Positions 1 through 9,374 of a DNA stretch of 64,000 bases are shown here, one piece after another. The stretch comes from a virus. Location: IMG/VR virus record IMGVR_UViG_3300025030_000045; one strand, written 5' to 3'. The notes under the pieces were generated by a model, which was not told the origin of the DNA, searched no databases, and worked only from the letters and a program-made list of their open reading frames with translations. Every line of letters begins with the position of its first letter. Positions within the stretch are counted from its first letter, which is position 1. The translations under genes were made by a program, and so were the position numbers.

Positions 1-1
1 A

Positions 2-82
2 TGGGAAAGCGAATTGGAGAATAAAAAGGAATGCTTAAAGAGATGTCTAACAAAGGTCGAAAATGTAATTTCTGTAGTGTAA
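2..82 (+). CDS. 3' end of an ORF truncated by the window edge; probable Vsr-like/DUF559-type homing endonuclease C-terminus
   Basis: Frame-2 translation is WESELENKKECLKRCLTKVENVISVV*. A 'WEsE' motif followed by an amphipathic helix is typical of Vsr-like endonuclease C-termini, and it lies just upstream of a split-intein terminase fragment. Confidence 0.4.
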   Translation, partial: WESELENKKECLKRCLTKVENVISVV

Positions 83-186
83 TACTATCAGACTCATATG
101 ATTTAGAAATTCATTTGGAAAAGGATCACCACGTCGATCCAGTATTGTCAGATTACTTAGCAAGAGAGTCATTTAGAGATGAATAA
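31..186 (+). CDS. small C2H2-type zinc-finger microprotein (51 aa; alternative start at 43)
   Basis: Hand translation MLKEMSNKGRKCNFCSVILSDSYDLEIHLEKDHHVDPVLSDYLARESFRDE* has C-x2-C-x12-H-x4-H spacing. It overlaps the terminase ATG by 8 nt. Not in the ORF track. Confidence 0.5.
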   Translation: MLKEMSNKGRKCNFCSVILSDSYDLEIHLEKDHHVDPVLSDYLARESFRDE

Positions 187-523
187 TGAATTATTTTTAA
201 CTGAATATCTAAACGACGAATGGGAAGTTGAAACACAAGACGGTTGGAAAGATTTCGGTGGTATAGCCCAAACAATTATTCTTGATGAATGGAGAATAGA
301 AACAGAAACAGGGTTAGAACTCTTCTGCGCTGGGCACCATTTTGTCTTTATTGGTGGGTATGAAATCAAAGCAGAAGACTTGTCCGTTGGCGATTTGATT
401 GAAACGAGAAATGGTAGCGAACGAGTTGTATCTATCACCAGAACTGGTAACGAGATTCAAATGTTTGACCTGCTTGATGTTGATGGGAAAACATACTTCA
501 CCAATGGTATTCGTTCTCATAAC
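179..523 (+). mobile_element. atypically split intein, large C-terminal fragment (IntC, 115 aa)
   Basis: Hint-domain motifs are present: block B-like LFCAGHHFV, IKAEDLSVGD, block F MFDLLDV and block G YFTNGIRSHN followed by Ser. There is no block A (Cys1), and in-frame stops lie upstream. Confidence 0.88.
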
Positions 524-1867
524 TCTGGTAAATCTACGTCCTTTGAGATTTTTGTGTGTTGGTACATTCTGTTTAATGATCACAAGAACATAGCAGTACT
601 TGCTAACAAAGCGGCATCATCCTTGAACATCCTTCGTAAGGTTAAGGTTGCCTTCGAGATGATGCCGAAGTGGTTGCAGAGCGGAATCGTCGTTTGGAAC
701 CAAAGTCTTATTGAATTAGAGAATGGTTGTAGAGCACTCGCATCAGCAACATCATCCTCGGCTATTCGTTCTTTCTCGATAAATGTCGTTATCATCGACG
801 AGATGGGATTTATTCCTGCAACTATCTGGTCAGAGTTCTATGCTTCCGTTTATCCGACCATATCGTCATCCAAAAAATCAAAGACGATTCTAGTTTCAAC
901 TCCGAATGGTATGAATCATTTCTGGAGATTTTGGAGTGATGCTAACTCAAAATCAAACAACTTTAATCCAATAGAGATTAAGTGGAATGATGTACCAGGA
1001 AGAGATCAGAAGTGGTATACAGAGACAAGAGCAAATATGTCAGAGGCCGAATTTAATCAAGAGTTCGGCGGCAGCTTTCTTGGTTCATCACATACACTTA
1101 TTGCTTGTCACATCATCGAGAGTTTGGCCCCAAGTAAAAAATTAATTGATACACCGTTACACACGTCATTTCCTAAAGAATGGTCCGAGCATCTTAATGT
1201 TTATAAGAATGCGCGGCAAGGAAACGTTTACATAATGTCGGCCGACTCTTCGAAAATGAGGGACAATTCGACAAGCGATGCTATATGCATTCAGGTCATT
1301 GACATCACCAAGCTTCCTTATAGACAAGTTTGTACATTCTTTGCAAAGTCTGGTATCAGCTATCTCCAGGCGCCAGAAATCATCTATCGTATCGGTAAGT
1401 ACTTTAATGATGCGTATGCATTCGTTGAAAATAATGAAATCGGCCAACAGGTTGTTGATTCTTTAGCAATTGATTTTGAGTATGATAATGTTTTCTATGA
1501 AAAATCGAATCTTGCAGGATACAGAACTACAAAGAAAACAAAAAGACTTGGTTGTTCAAATCTTAAGGCATTTGTCGAGAATCAAAAACTCCGCATTGTA
1601 GACATCGAAACAATCCAACAACTTTCAACATTCGTAAGAAACACAAAGGGATCGTTTGAAGCTGAATACGGATATCAAGATGACGCAATCATGGCACTCA
1701 TCGGGTGTTTGTTCTTCTTAACAAGGCCAGAATTTGATTCTATTAAGGATAGAAAGACGTTCATTAATACTCTGTTTAATAGAGAAGAGGTTAATGATGC
1801 TTTAGTTGAAGATATGCCTTTCTTCGGTGTCATTGACGATGGGTCCCAGGATGATTCTGTTTTTTAA
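179..1867 (+). CDS. gp17: terminase large subunit, C-terminal fragment preceded by a split-intein C-part
   Basis: After the intein end (SHN|S) come Walker A remainder SGKST, Walker B VVIIDE, the coupling motif STPNG-NHF, and RNase H-like nuclease motifs (MSADSS, DDAIMAL). The N-terminal terminase part is absent. Confidence 0.95.
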   Translation: MNNELFLTEYLNDEWEVETQDGWKDFGGIAQTIILDEWRIETETGLELFCAGHHFVFIGGYEIKAEDLSVGDLIETRNGSERVVSITRTGNEIQMFDLLDVDGKTYFTNGIRSHNSGKSTSFEIFVCWYILFNDHKNIAVLANKAASSLNILRKVKVAFEMMPKWLQSGIVVWNQSLIELENGCRALASATSSSAIRSFSINVVIIDEMGFIPATIWSEFYASVYPTISSSKKSKTILVSTPNGMNHFWRFWSDANSKSNNFNPIEIKWNDVPGRDQKWYTETRANMSEAEFNQEFGGSFLGSSHTLIACHIIESLAPSKKLIDTPLHTSFPKEWSEHLNVYKNARQGNVYIMSADSSKMRDNSTSDAICIQVIDITKLPYRQVCTFFAKSGISYLQAPEIIYRIGKYFNDAYAFVENNEIGQQVVDSLAIDFEYDNVFYEKSNLAGYRTTKKTKRLGCSNLKAFVENQKLRIVDIETIQQLSTFVRNTKGSFEAEYGYQDDAIMALIGCLFFLTRPEFDSIKDRKTFINTLFNREEVNDALVEDMPFFGVIDDGSQDDSVF

Positions 1868-1878
1868 ATAGGCGGCAT

Positions 1879-1886
1879 TATAAATA
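1879..1886 (+). promoter_or_regulatory. T4-type late promoter TATAAATA
   Basis: Exact gp55-type consensus upstream of the sheath gene. Confidence 0.8.
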
Positions 1887-1942
1887 AAATAAACTTGTAG
1901 TATAACCCTTACCATCTTAACATGCAAAGGAGAGCATAAAAT

Positions 1943-3955
1943 ATGGGATACTCTCTATCACCATCTGTCGACGTAAGAGAGTTTGACCTTTCGCTCACAA
2001 TTCCTAACCTTCCCTCAGCAAAAACGGGTATGGTTCTAAGAGCAGATATCGGTCCTTCTCTTGAAATTGTCAACATCACCAACGAATCAGACCTGATTCG
2101 TTATTTCGGTAAACCAAACCAGAAGAACTTCAAAGATTGGTTCAATGCCTGGAACTTTCTCCAGTATGCATCATCTCTTTATGTAGTTCGTCCAATGAAT
2201 GCCGAGGCGTACAATGCAGACATTCTTTTCAATGGTGCTTCTGCCACTGAGAAGGCTTCTTCTGCTGACATGTACAACTCTGCTGTTGCTGAAGCAACAC
2301 TCGGTTCTATGGCCGTTGCTGATGGAAAAATCAAGTTCATCAACAAGTACATCACATCTGAACAGCGTTATGCTGTTGCAATTTGTTCGTCATCGGCAAA
2401 TTGGGGTAAATCGATTTCTGACGAAGGCACCGTTCATAAAGGTGTTGTTTCTACTGCCGTCAGTGGTCAAGCTAGTATCGTATTTACTGGCAATCATAAC
2501 TTCGTCCTCGGTGATAAAATCACTGATGCCGATGGTACGGTATTCACCATCACCGTCGTTCCTGATGCTACACACGTAACACTTGGGGCAAACATCACAG
2601 CAACATCAAACTTCACCGGCACCATCTATGCATCTAATTCGATTACGTCGGGTAAATATGCATCATCTCTTGAAAGCTCGACAATTGGCGCTGTTAGTGG
2701 TATTGCTAAATTCTCGAATTTCTTTGAGTTTGAACCTGATTGGACTGAAGGTGAATTCGCTATCATCGTTCTTTATAAAAATGATGCTGGTAAATGGGAA
2801 CTCTTTGAGGACGAGAAATTCATCGTATCCAAAAAAGAAACCGGTCGTAATGTTGACGGTCGAAACATTTTTGTTGAAGAAATTATGTTCAACAAATCTC
2901 GTGCATTCTATGCTAAGGTCGGCGGCACAATTGTAACCGGTCCTGAAACTGCTGCTATGAGTGTCGACGGCTTTAGTCTTGCTACCGTCGATGATACTGT
3001 TGTGAACGGCGGAACTGTCTATCCTCAAGACGGCACCTATGCATACACCGGCATTTATACCGTCGGGGACGTCCAAAGTGCAGAAATGTTGTTTGCTGAT
3101 TCTAACATTTTCGACATCAACATTCTTATGGCACATGAGACAAATATTAACGGCGCATCGACTATTGCTGAATCTCGTCGTGACTGTATCGCTATTGTTG
3201 GACCTTATGATACTTCGCGTATTGTTGGGAAAGCCCCATCCGATGCAACCGCCAATCTCATTGCTGACTTCGGTGCAAAAACCGCCATTCCTAATGTGTT
3301 CAGTGTATTCGGTTCATATTCTGCAATGTATGCAAATATGAAATACCAATATGACAAGTTCAACGACGTAAATCGTTGGTTGCCTGTCGTTGGTGACATC
3401 GCCGGTCTTATGGCACAAACCGATGCAAACCGCGATCCGTGGTGGGCTGTTGCTGGTCTTGAACGTGGTAAGATGAAGAACACGATCAAGCTCGCCTTCA
3501 ATGCAACAAAACAAAATCTTGACGATCTTTATGTCAATAACCTCAATCCCGTCATCACCATTGCTGGGGAAGGAACTGCTATTGTTTACGGACAGAAAAC
3601 AGCAACACCAAAACCGTCAGCATTTAGTCGTATCAATGTTCGTCGTCTCATCATTACTCTACAGAAAGCCATTGCAACAGCGGCACGTTATGCGTTGTTT
3701 GAATTCAACGACGAGTTTACTCGTGCAAGAATTCGTGGTATGATCGAACCGTTCCTCCGGGATGTCAAGGGTCGTCGTGGTGTTTATGATTTCATGGTTG
3801 TTGTAGATGCATCGAATAACACCGCCGAGGTCGTCGATAATAATGCCCTCATTATCGACATTTACATCAAGCCGACAAAGGTTGCAGAATTCATTCGTCT
3901 CAATATGAAGGTAACACGTACAGATGCCAACTTTGCTGAATTTGTTGGCGTCTAA
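1943..3955 (+). CDS. gp18: tail sheath protein
   Basis: N-terminal LSPSVDVREFDLS; C-terminal YDKFNDVNRWLP, PWWAVAGLERG, FSRINVRRL and FEFNDEFTR sheath motifs. Confidence 0.97.
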   Translation: MGYSLSPSVDVREFDLSLTIPNLPSAKTGMVLRADIGPSLEIVNITNESDLIRYFGKPNQKNFKDWFNAWNFLQYASSLYVVRPMNAEAYNADILFNGASATEKASSADMYNSAVAEATLGSMAVADGKIKFINKYITSEQRYAVAICSSSANWGKSISDEGTVHKGVVSTAVSGQASIVFTGNHNFVLGDKITDADGTVFTITVVPDATHVTLGANITATSNFTGTIYASNSITSGKYASSLESSTIGAVSGIAKFSNFFEFEPDWTEGEFAIIVLYKNDAGKWELFEDEKFIVSKKETGRNVDGRNIFVEEIMFNKSRAFYAKVGGTIVTGPETAAMSVDGFSLATVDDTVVNGGTVYPQDGTYAYTGIYTVGDVQSAEMLFADSNIFDINILMAHETNINGASTIAESRRDCIAIVGPYDTSRIVGKAPSDATANLIADFGAKTAIPNVFSVFGSYSAMYANMKYQYDKFNDVNRWLPVVGDIAGLMAQTDANRDPWWAVAGLERGKMKNTIKLAFNATKQNLDDLYVNNLNPVITIAGEGTAIVYGQKTATPKPSAFSRINVRRLIITLQKAIATAARYALFEFNDEFTRARIRGMIEPFLRDVKGRRGVYDFMVVVDASNNTAEVVDNNALIIDIYIKPTKVAEFIRLNMKVTRTDANFAEFVGV

Positions 3956-3971
3956 TCTATAGGAGAATAAC

Positions 3972-4484
3972 ATGCCAGGAATTACTCTTGAAAGCTTCAA
4001 AGCAAAAGTAGCAGACGGCGCAAGACCTAACCGTTTTCTATTAACATTTGCTTCTCCGGGCGGCGGAGCTGGTGCTGAATCAATCTCTTTTATGGTCAAA
4101 GGTGCACAACTCCCCGGTAGAAATATCGGGGAGGTAATCGCGAATTGGCAGGGCCAACAGGCAAAGTTTGCTGGTGATCCAACCTTCGATGATTTCACGG
4201 TAACCTTCATAAATGATTATGGGTTTGTGGCAAGAACGGACATCGAAAAATGGATGAACGGTATTGCGAATCCAAACACCAATGAGCGCGGCGCCCACGT
4301 CGAATATAAAATTGATGCGATCATCCAGCAGCTTGGTCGAAAAGGCGAAGTTCTTGCTGAATACAAGATGATCGGTTTCTATCCAAAAACAATGGATGTC
4401 ATTGATCTTAACATGGAATCTTCGGATACATTTGAAGAATTCACTGTCACCTTCGGTTATGACTATTGGGAACGCACTGCCTAA
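3972..4484 (+). CDS. gp19: tail tube protein
   Basis: GARPNRF, GAQLPG, KFAGDPTFDDFTVTFIND and EEFTVTFGYDYW motifs; follows the sheath gene. Confidence 0.95.
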   Translation: MPGITLESFKAKVADGARPNRFLLTFASPGGGAGAESISFMVKGAQLPGRNIGEVIANWQGQQAKFAGDPTFDDFTVTFINDYGFVARTDIEKWMNGIANPNTNERGAHVEYKIDAIIQQLGRKGEVLAEYKMIGFYPKTMDVIDLNMESSDTFEEFTVTFGYDYWERTA

Positions 4485-4514
4485 AACATAACACAATAAA
4501 ACACCCAAAACGAC

Positions 4515-4548
4515 AAAGGGGTGGCTGATTTTATTCAGCCACCCCTTT
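4515..4548 (+). terminator. intrinsic terminator after the tail tube gene
   Basis: aaaggggtggctga-ttttat-tcagccaccccttt perfect stem. Confidence 0.8.
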
Positions 4549-4550
4549 GG

Positions 4551-4558
4551 TATAAATA
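4551..4558 (+). promoter_or_regulatory. T4-type late promoter TATAAATA
   Basis: Exact consensus directly after the terminator, upstream of the 4585 ORF (RBS gaggt). Confidence 0.8.
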
Positions 4559-4584
4559 CTAAAAATACTTGAGGTGTAAGTGTA

Positions 4585-5511
4585 ATGATGAATTTTTATT
4601 TTTGTTTATTTTTTCTATTGAGCTGTTCCTTAGCATATGCTAAGGACGATGCTATTGCAATATTCTCAGGACCCGTTGAACGTCACTTAACCACTGACTC
4701 TAAATACACGATCAAGAAAATAATTTCATATGATGATGTTAAATTTAAATTATTTTTCATTAATGATGTAAACGATAAAGAATATAAATCAATAGGAAGT
4801 AAAATTTCATCGAGAATAAAATACGATGAACTTGATTATGTTTTTGTGTTTGAAGATAATACAACGAGAATAACCAACGAAATGCCACTACCGAAATATA
4901 AGGTTGGTTATTTTTTTCTTAGGAACGAAGACACAATCAAAAGGTTAAACGGATCATTTATTTTACGTAGAGATGATTCTATATCGCAATTATTAAAATT
5001 CATGGATGATAATAATATCAGTCTTGATAATTTCTATTTCATCCGCGACAACAACATGGCCTCGTTCAATGCATCTAACAATATTAAGAATGAGCTTTAC
5101 AAAAAGTGTTCTTGGTTTAATACATCAGATCACATTGTAAGAAATATTCAGGAGCTTAGGTGGGAACTCCTAAAAATCAAGGATCAACCGAAAGGCGTAA
5201 TGATCATTCTATTAAATTCGCTACCGAACCATGATATGAAAACACGATATGAAATCGACCAAGTTTTAAACATCATCGCTGTTAATAATTACAAGCATCT
5301 TGATGTCGTTGTTGGCTTTGATGGAAGCAAAAATGGTATTGGTGTTAGTTTGATTAATGAGCCGATAGATGATAAATTATTTTTAAAATTCGTTGGGCGA
5401 GAAGTTGGTGTTTTTTCATCAGTTCAAGTGATGAAGGTTAATCAACAGAAGATAAGACAGATAATCCACGAGAACCCAATATTGAATGAAAATTATAAAG
5501 AGGAACTATAA
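4585..5511 (+). CDS. secreted protein, possible periplasmic (ABC-type) substrate-binding fold
   Basis: Sec signal peptide (FLLSCSLAYA|KD). The alpha/beta pattern (ELDYVFVFED; NFYFIRDNNMAS; IVRNIQELRWELLKI...GVMII) is reminiscent of ABC substrate-binding domains. Confidence 0.45.
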   Translation: MMNFYFCLFFLLSCSLAYAKDDAIAIFSGPVERHLTTDSKYTIKKIISYDDVKFKLFFINDVNDKEYKSIGSKISSRIKYDELDYVFVFEDNTTRITNEMPLPKYKVGYFFLRNEDTIKRLNGSFILRRDDSISQLLKFMDDNNISLDNFYFIRDNNMASFNASNNIKNELYKKCSWFNTSDHIVRNIQELRWELLKIKDQPKGVMIILLNSLPNHDMKTRYEIDQVLNIIAVNNYKHLDVVVGFDGSKNGIGVSLINEPIDDKLFLKFVGREVGVFSSVQVMKVNQQKIRQIIHENPILNENYKEEL

Positions 5512-5767
5512 AATGATAAAGAAAAATGCTGATTTAATTTTTGTTGTTCTTGTATGTGCCGTTATTATTTCGGTGTTAGTGAATCGTAGAATAACCACGT
5601 CGGGTATTATTAATTTTGAGAAGTTCAAAGACATATCAAACATAAGCATGGTGTGTATCGATCAGAAAGAAATAAATGAATGTTTTACAAATAGTGGAAA
5701 TCTAAAAATTTCTATTATTCAGGGAGAAGAGAGCAAAGTACTTAAAATCGAATTACATCAGCAGTAG
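5486..5767 (+). CDS. small single-pass membrane protein (start possibly 5513)
   Basis: Hydrophobic segment LIFVVLVCAVIISVLV; sits in operon context. Confidence 0.65.
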   Translation: MKIIKRNYKMIKKNADLIFVVLVCAVIISVLVNRRITTSGIINFEKFKDISNISMVCIDQKEINECFTNSGNLKISIIQGEESKVLKIELHQQ

Positions 5768-5776
5768 GAGTTTACG

Positions 5777-6376
5777 ATGACATATCCAGATTACTTCAAT
5801 TTCATACTATCATCTGACATACTCATTCTTGCTATCGTTTTGGCAGTTGCATTTGGATATGTTTTTTACATTCGCCCTAATCTTCAGAGAAAAAAAGAAT
5901 TAGAAGAACAACTAACAAATTCGATTAAAGTTGTGCCTTCTCTTGAAGCAATGATGCACATGTTTGATGATTTAAAAATTAGTGTTCAAGACAAAATCAA
6001 TGTTCTTTTACAGAATCAGAGTGCCGACACTCTTAAAGAAATAAATATATTAAAGGTAGACCTGAAAGAAACAATAAATGAGGTCGATGAAATTGTCAAG
6101 CAACTAAGTAAGACAGATTCAAAGATCGATGTTATTGATGCAAATATTAAAAGTATGATTCGTTCGATGATGGCACTAACAAATATCATTAATAATGTAA
6201 TCAACGAAATCGAAAAATATGATAAATCTATTTCATTCGATAAAACATCTTTAGATGAAATGAAACGGTGTTTGGAAACATCAAAGATCGATGTTAATGC
6301 CATTATGCATATCGTCCAAGATATTCTCTCCAAGAAATTAGAGAATAATAAAATTGACTGCTTTCTTAATGATTGA
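5777..6376 (+). CDS. N-terminal membrane anchor plus long coiled-coil protein
   Basis: TM segment ILILAIVLAVAFGYVFYI followed by basic residues and heptad-rich helices; RBS aggag. Confidence 0.75.
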   Translation: MTYPDYFNFILSSDILILAIVLAVAFGYVFYIRPNLQRKKELEEQLTNSIKVVPSLEAMMHMFDDLKISVQDKINVLLQNQSADTLKEINILKVDLKETINEVDEIVKQLSKTDSKIDVIDANIKSMIRSMMALTNIINNVINEIEKYDKSISFDKTSLDEMKRCLETSKIDVNAIMHIVQDILSKKLENNKIDCFLND

Positions 6377-7317
6377 GGTGTAACATGAATGCATTGCCGC
6401 TAAATCTTTCTTCAACAATTATCCGGCTCGAATATCAGAAAAAGAAGGTTTTAGATAGCACTAAAACCAAAAATGCAATGTGTTGGTGCAGAAAAAAATT
6501 GCTTGAAAATTATACGTCTATTGTGCAGTTGCTTTTAATGAAACTCGTCAACAGCACATACGAGTTTTATGAAGGTGATGAAACAGACATCGAAGATAAG
6601 GTCCTGCATATTAAGGAGTGGTTTCTGAAAACCGCATACGATTCTCTATACGAGAATAATCGAATCTCTAACCGTATGGTTTTATTTTTCAAACTATTAC
6701 AGACACCGCTTGATGATAAAATTTTCAGTGATTATATTGCGAAGCACAAGGTACTTTCTGATATAAATAGGAATATCGACTGCAGAGAAACTATTAAGAG
6801 TTCATATGAAGAATTTGCTGCTGAAATTGCTGCTGAGATATCGGAGTATTTTGATATCTTCATTATGAATGTCATGTCGGTTCAAGTTGATTGTAAAAAT
6901 GTATGTTCTAACATTCTCGTCAATCATGGGGTACCACACCAAGAATCATGTAAGGGTAATTATAAGGAATGTACATTGTGTAAATATTCTTCCTGTGATC
7001 CGGCATGTTCCTATCATGAGAAATTTGTTAATAATGAGAAGCTACATTACATAGTAACAGAAGAACAACTTGATACTCCGGGGTGGATTGAAAATTATCT
7101 CGGTTTGTTTGAGAACTATCACATCAATATTAAAAATGTAACACTTGTTATAGATTACCAACTGTTCACCGCCTCTCACTCGTATAAACATAGCGATGAT
7201 AGTTTTAAATTCATTCTTCGTGCTAGTAATTTATTCAAAAAGACGAGGATCATTAATCATGAATTTGTAGATTTTGGAAAATTCACCACAAATCTTGCAC
7301 CCATGATCGAGAGTTAA
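6373..7317 (+). CDS. hypothetical protein with Cys/His cluster
   Basis: 314-aa ORF containing CKGNYKECTLCKYSSCDPACSYH; ends 1 nt before gp3. Confidence 0.7.
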   Translation: MRCNMNALPLNLSSTIIRLEYQKKKVLDSTKTKNAMCWCRKKLLENYTSIVQLLLMKLVNSTYEFYEGDETDIEDKVLHIKEWFLKTAYDSLYENNRISNRMVLFFKLLQTPLDDKIFSDYIAKHKVLSDINRNIDCRETIKSSYEEFAAEIAAEISEYFDIFIMNVMSVQVDCKNVCSNILVNHGVPHQESCKGNYKECTLCKYSSCDPACSYHEKFVNNEKLHYIVTEEQLDTPGWIENYLGLFENYHINIKNVTLVIDYQLFTASHSYKHSDDSFKFILRASNLFKKTRIINHEFVDFGKFTTNLAPMIES

Positions 7318-7318
7318 T

Positions 7319-7792
7319 ATGAGCACTAGCGAATCAACCAACCATCTTAAATCTGGTAACTTCTCAGTTGTCCTTAAAAACCAAAAGACAATCGAGTTCG
7401 TGGTTCAAGAGGTTAATCTCCCCGGGTTAAATCTTGGCGAAATACAAGTTGGTCATTGGACACAAAATCAAAATCGGCCGGGTGATAACATTACATGGTC
7501 AACATTATCAATGACAATTTTATGTGACGAAGAACTTGCTGCCTTCAAAGAAGCATTCAATCACATCATGTCTCTGAAGGACCCATATGATGGTAAGATC
7601 GAGATACAGAATGCAATTTTCGATGCAACTCTTCTTATCACAACGAACAAGAACAATGTCCAACACCGTGTTCAATTCTTTGATGCATGGATACAATCCA
7701 TAGGTGATATCCAGTTCACCACAACCTCCTCTGAAGAGGAACAAATTGTATTTACGATAGAACTACAATACGATTATTATAAGTTCATTTAA
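7319..7792 (+). CDS. gp3: tail completion / tube terminator protein
   Basis: FVVQEVNLPG, PGDNITWSTL..ILCDEEL, DATLLITTNKNN and FFDAW motifs of T4 gp3. Confidence 0.85.
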   Translation: MSTSESTNHLKSGNFSVVLKNQKTIEFVVQEVNLPGLNLGEIQVGHWTQNQNRPGDNITWSTLSMTILCDEELAAFKEAFNHIMSLKDPYDGKIEIQNAIFDATLLITTNKNNVQHRVQFFDAWIQSIGDIQFTTTSSEEEQIVFTIELQYDYYKFI

Positions 7793-7803
7793 AGGGATAT
7801 TTT

Positions 7804-8727
7804 ATGCTCGGTCAATTAGCAATGGTCAATCTCATTCCACAAGATAACGTAAATGTTTTCTTTAGGGATGGAGAAAGCCCAACATCAAATCTTGTCGAAG
7901 TTTATGATGCGTTGGAAAACGGCGTCATAGTTCAACAACCGCTCATTACTGATGCTAATGGTTTCTTTACCCCCGTGTATGCGGCGGAGGGAATTGTTTG
8001 GATGCACTACGGTGACCGCCATGTAATTCCGCTTACGATCATTGAGCCGATGACACCCGACCAACGCGATGGTTTTAATACAGCTCCTGATGTTAGTGCA
8101 GCAAATAGATTCACCACGATGTCAGATCTTAGCGATCTTGAAGAAGGCATCATTACAGCAACAACGGCGATTAGTTTACAGATTGCAGCGGATGCATTGG
8201 CTGCCGAGACATCTCGTTTACAAACAGCTGATAATGTTATCGTCACAACGGATGATCGTGAACAGACAACCGCCGATAGATTAGCAACGGCCGCGGACAG
8301 AGTACAAACGGGACTTGACCGTGCAGCAACAGCGGCTGACAGAGCACAAACCACCCAAGATATAGAGATAACAACTGATAACCGAATTCAGACGGGCCTT
8401 GACCGAATAGCAACAGCGGATGATCGCGTTCAAACGACTGCTGATGCGATTGTGACGGGTAACGATCGTACACAAACAACAGCAGATGCAATTGCAACGG
8501 CCGCAGACAGAGTACAAACTGGACTTGATAGAGTAGCAACGGGTAACGATCGTACACAAACGGGATTAGATTTAATTGCAACAACATCAAATAGCGAGGC
8601 CGCTGCCCAAAGTGTTGTTGACGCCGCCGCGGTTGTTGAAAATACGTTATCATCGCTGGCTGATTTGGCCGCAAGTATTATAAGAACACAGACTATAGTT
8701 GTTCAGCATCATGCGTTTGGAGAGTAA
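7804..8727 (+). CDS. virion fibre/stalk protein with 7/14-aa coiled-coil repeats
   Basis: Repeated TAADRVQTGLDRxA units; the N-terminal QQPLITDANG motif resembles fibre attachment domains. Confidence 0.75.
   Translation: MLGQLAMVNLIPQDNVNVFFRDGESPTSNLVEVYDALENGVIVQQPLITDANGFFTPVYAAEGIVWMHYGDRHVIPLTIIEPMTPDQRDGFNTAPDVSAANRFTTMSDLSDLEEGIITATTAISLQIAADALAAETSRLQTADNVIVTTDDREQTTADRLATAADRVQTGLDRAATAADRAQTTQDIEITTDNRIQTGLDRIATADDRVQTTADAIVTGNDRTQTTADAIATAADRVQTGLDRVATGNDRTQTGLDLIATTSNSEAAAQSVVDAAAVVENTLSSLADLAASIIRTQTIVVQHHAFGE
8245..8592 (+). repeat. degenerate 21/42-nt tandem coding repeat (TxxDRxQ heptads)
   Basis: Recurrent units such as gcaacggccgcggacagagtacaaacgggacttgaccg and acgggtaacgatcgtacacaaac. 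Confidence 0.85.
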
Positions 8728-8732
8728 AAATT

Positions 8733-9374
8733 ATGCCAGTAACTGAACAGCAAATAATTGAATTAATCGCCGCAACAACCGATCTCGTTGCTGAAGTCTC
8801 TACCAAGAAAGTTGTCTTGGATAATGCGGTGATAGCAACAGCAGCCGATCGTGTTCAGACCGCTCTCGATGTTACTGCTACATCAGAAGATAGAATACAG
8901 ACGGCGCTTGATGTCCTTGCCACCACACAATCTGCTGAACAGACTAACCTCGATGCTATCCAAACCGCGGCTGATAGAGTACAAACTGCATTAGATCGCA
9001 TTGCCGTTGCATCACTTATATCAAGTCCTCCTGCTACATGGAAGATAATACTTGGCCAACGTGACACACTCGTCAATGTTACTCCTGTTAATGGCAGTAC
9101 TACTGACCTTGATTATAATGCTGGGAGTTATCATATTGACCTATCAGCTCTAACCAATGCTCATGCCGTTGTGTTCACTTCTAGTAATTGGCCGGGTGGC
9201 ATTGCGGATCGGGGCTTACAGGAGATCTTTCTAAAGGTTGGTGCTACATTACCGCTTATCACCTGGCCCGCTGGTTGGGTAACCGTTATCCCAATAGTGT
9301 CAAAAACAAATAACATCACCGTAGACTCAGTTGGTGCCTCTGCCCCGACAATGGTTGCCGGGAGAACATTCTAA
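8733..9374 (+). CDS. fibre adaptor protein with TAADRVQT repeats
   Basis: Same heptad repeat as 7804; C-terminal beta domain with an ITWPAGW motif common in phage fibre proteins. Confidence 0.7.
   Translation: MPVTEQQIIELIAATTDLVAEVSTKKVVLDNAVIATAADRVQTALDVTATSEDRIQTALDVLATTQSAEQTNLDAIQTAADRVQTALDRIAVASLISSPPATWKIILGQRDTLVNVTPVNGSTTDLDYNAGSYHIDLSALTNAHAVVFTSSNWPGGIADRGLQEIFLKVGATLPLITWPAGWVTVIPIVSKTNNITVDSVGASAPTMVAGRTF

Noticed and set aside
1-178. Group I intron interrupting the terminase
   Set aside because: No recognisable intron core elements; the interval is filled by ORFs, and the intein fragment explains the break.
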